A stretch of 64,000 nt of DNA from Octopus bimaculoides (taxonomy: Eukaryota): assembly GCF_001194135.2 (NCBI RefSeq), contig NC_068989.1:79657612-79721611 (forward strand), read 5' to 3'. Positions 63,456 through 64,000 of the stretch are shown one piece after another (position 1 is the stretch's first letter; the number at the start of each line of letters is the position of its first letter). Under the pieces are notes generated by a model. That model did not search any database. It saw only the letters and a list, made by a program, of their open reading frames with translations, and was not told the origin of the DNA. The position numbers and the translations under genes were made by a program.

Positions 63456-64000
63456 AATGTATGGTGTATGTCTGTATTTGTATCTATCAATTTATATGCA
63501 GGTGAGTGCATATGTGTGCGCTTGTATGCATGTGTATTGATGCGCCAATATAAATTTAACTATGAATTTACTATTTATACCTGAAACTGGCGTTATCCCC
63601 GTAGCCATAGAAAAGTCGTTTAACCTTTCTTTCAAAACCAAATATGGTCTCACCGAAATATACCAAAGAACTAAATCTGATACACTTTATATCAAGATAG
63701 CTTATATAACCTTTAGATTATATTATCCATTGTTATTATTCATTTTCGAAGTACACTTTGGGAATGCAAATTACCTTATTCAAAACAATGTCGATCAGGT
63801 GATATGCAGTCTTAAATAGATATTTTTGCACCTTCAACCAAATTTATGTTAAATGACATTCGTTATTCATATGTTAAACAGTTACTGGATTCCATTTTAG
63901 CTATATATGGAAACTTATGTAAAATATATCTGCCTATTGAATATTGATCTACTATCTGAAATTCCTTTTCTACATATCTGATGTATTCTTAACACATTGA

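Noticed and set aside
2746-63511. Long ORFs containing X runs or YI/TH/CV/ER/LS dipeptide repeats
   Set aside because: Artefacts of N-gaps and microsatellites.
1-64000. CRISPR array, rRNA, operon-like or phage system
   Set aside because: No regularly spaced repeat-spacer array, no rRNA motifs and no dense ORFs; the DNA is eukaryotic and repeat-rich.

Overview
AT-rich eukaryotic (animal) DNA from a short-read scaffold with 12 N-gaps; most X-containing ORFs in the track are gap or microsatellite artefacts. The SINE families and dense (CA)/(TA)/(GA) microsatellites suggest a coleoid cephalopod, most likely an octopus (inference from recalled repeat families, not a database hit). I found no intact recognisable protein-coding gene, rRNA, CRISPR array or prokaryote-type system. 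The window reads as intron or intergenic DNA layered with mobile elements: (i) five tRNA-headed SINE families (working names A-E), about 35 copies or fragments; (ii) a decayed CRE-type non-LTR 3' end with zinc knuckle and restriction-like endonuclease (4902-5760); (iii) a complete non-autonomous Helitron with a helicase remnant (50141-51516); (iv) two mariners with both TIRs (16007-16879, 38908-40166) and a third Tc1/mariner remnant; (v) a probable Academ-type transposase fossil (9290-10560); (vi) a Tigger-like MITE, a 539-bp fold-back MITE and an unusual three-arm fold-back element (44108-44950); (vii) weaker Tx1-, Penelope-, RTE- and hAT-like remnants. Several isolated exon-like segments could belong to a long-intron host gene but cannot be confirmed without RNA data. 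I do not see support for a wholly new biological system. The best leads are the three-arm element, the Academ and CRE fossils, SINE tail swapping, inverted-repeat dsRNA potential and a duplicated frame-preserving segment near 61-62.5 kb.
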